DNA of 24,162 nucleotides from contig JBKJSW010000120.1 of assembly GCA_046595765.1 (NCBI GenBank), positions 1 to 24,162 on the forward strand, given 5' to 3'. A model generated the notes under the pieces. The model ran no database searches and was not told the DNA's origin. It saw only the letters and a program-made list of their open reading frames with translations. Positions 24,004 to 24,162 of this stretch are shown piece by piece. The stretch's first letter is position 1. The number at the start of each line of letters is the position of its first letter. A program made the position numbers and the translations under genes. Source of the stretch: Ahniellaceae bacterium. GTDB taxonomy: Bacteria > Pseudomonadota > Gammaproteobacteria > Xanthomonadales > Ahniellaceae.

Positions 24004-24040
24004 AAGTGGACCCTGCACCGTTCTTCTCTGGCACCGTTCC
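24004..24040 (+). repeat. REP-like repeat copy C plus a partial tandem copy
   Basis: AAGTGGACCCTGCACCGTTCTTC at 24004-24026, followed by TGGCACCGTTCC at 24029-24040. Confidence 0.75.
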
Positions 24041-24162
24041 TCTCTCATGCATCGCGCAATTCGAACCCGGTGTAACGTGTCCGTGACTCGCGTATTGTCA
24101 TGGCGTGCACTTGGCTTCGAACGGGCGTAGTCTGATCTTGCCGTCTCGACTGACCGCGCTCG

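Noticed and set aside
23771-24052. 93-aa minus-strand ORF (and 23775-24005 on the plus strand) as real genes
   Set aside because: They are chimeric readings across the REP-like repeats and the transposase remnant. Only the last ~10 codons (RKLLAAAAN*) might be the tail of a deleted cassette gene, which is too short to support.

Overview
High-GC window that looks like a Xanthomonadales chromosome (Rhodanobacteraceae/Lysobacteraceae-like; taxon inferred from gene content). It holds the 3' end of a DUF3011 gene, the conserved ybbP-ybbA/tesA locus, a MOSC protein, a lysophospholipid acyltransferase and a stand-alone aceE. It also holds a membrane Hanks-type Ser/Thr kinase with a C-terminal DUF1566/Lcl-like domain and a small basic SutA-like protein. 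Three large Sec-exported multidomain proteins (an S8 protease, a 969-aa Cys-rich protein and an HExxH metallopeptidase with cadherin-like repeats) share a short [VL]F[A]xxFE peptide: terminal or near-terminal in two, inserted internally in the third. The metallopeptidase is translationally coupled to a small secreted Cys/His-bearing partner. The right end is an accessory island with no integrase in the window. It contains a FosX/FosE-like fosfomycin-resistance cassette and a toxin-antitoxin cassette whose toxin has an in-frame amber stop. These are separated by a canonical-shaped attC whose core triplets are GAC/GTC instead of AAC/GTT. The array is bracketed by degenerate attC remnants, an 11-bp direct repeat, and REP-like repeats that also enclose a Y1/RAYT transposase 3' remnant. 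All family assignments come from motif recognition by eye; no searches were run.
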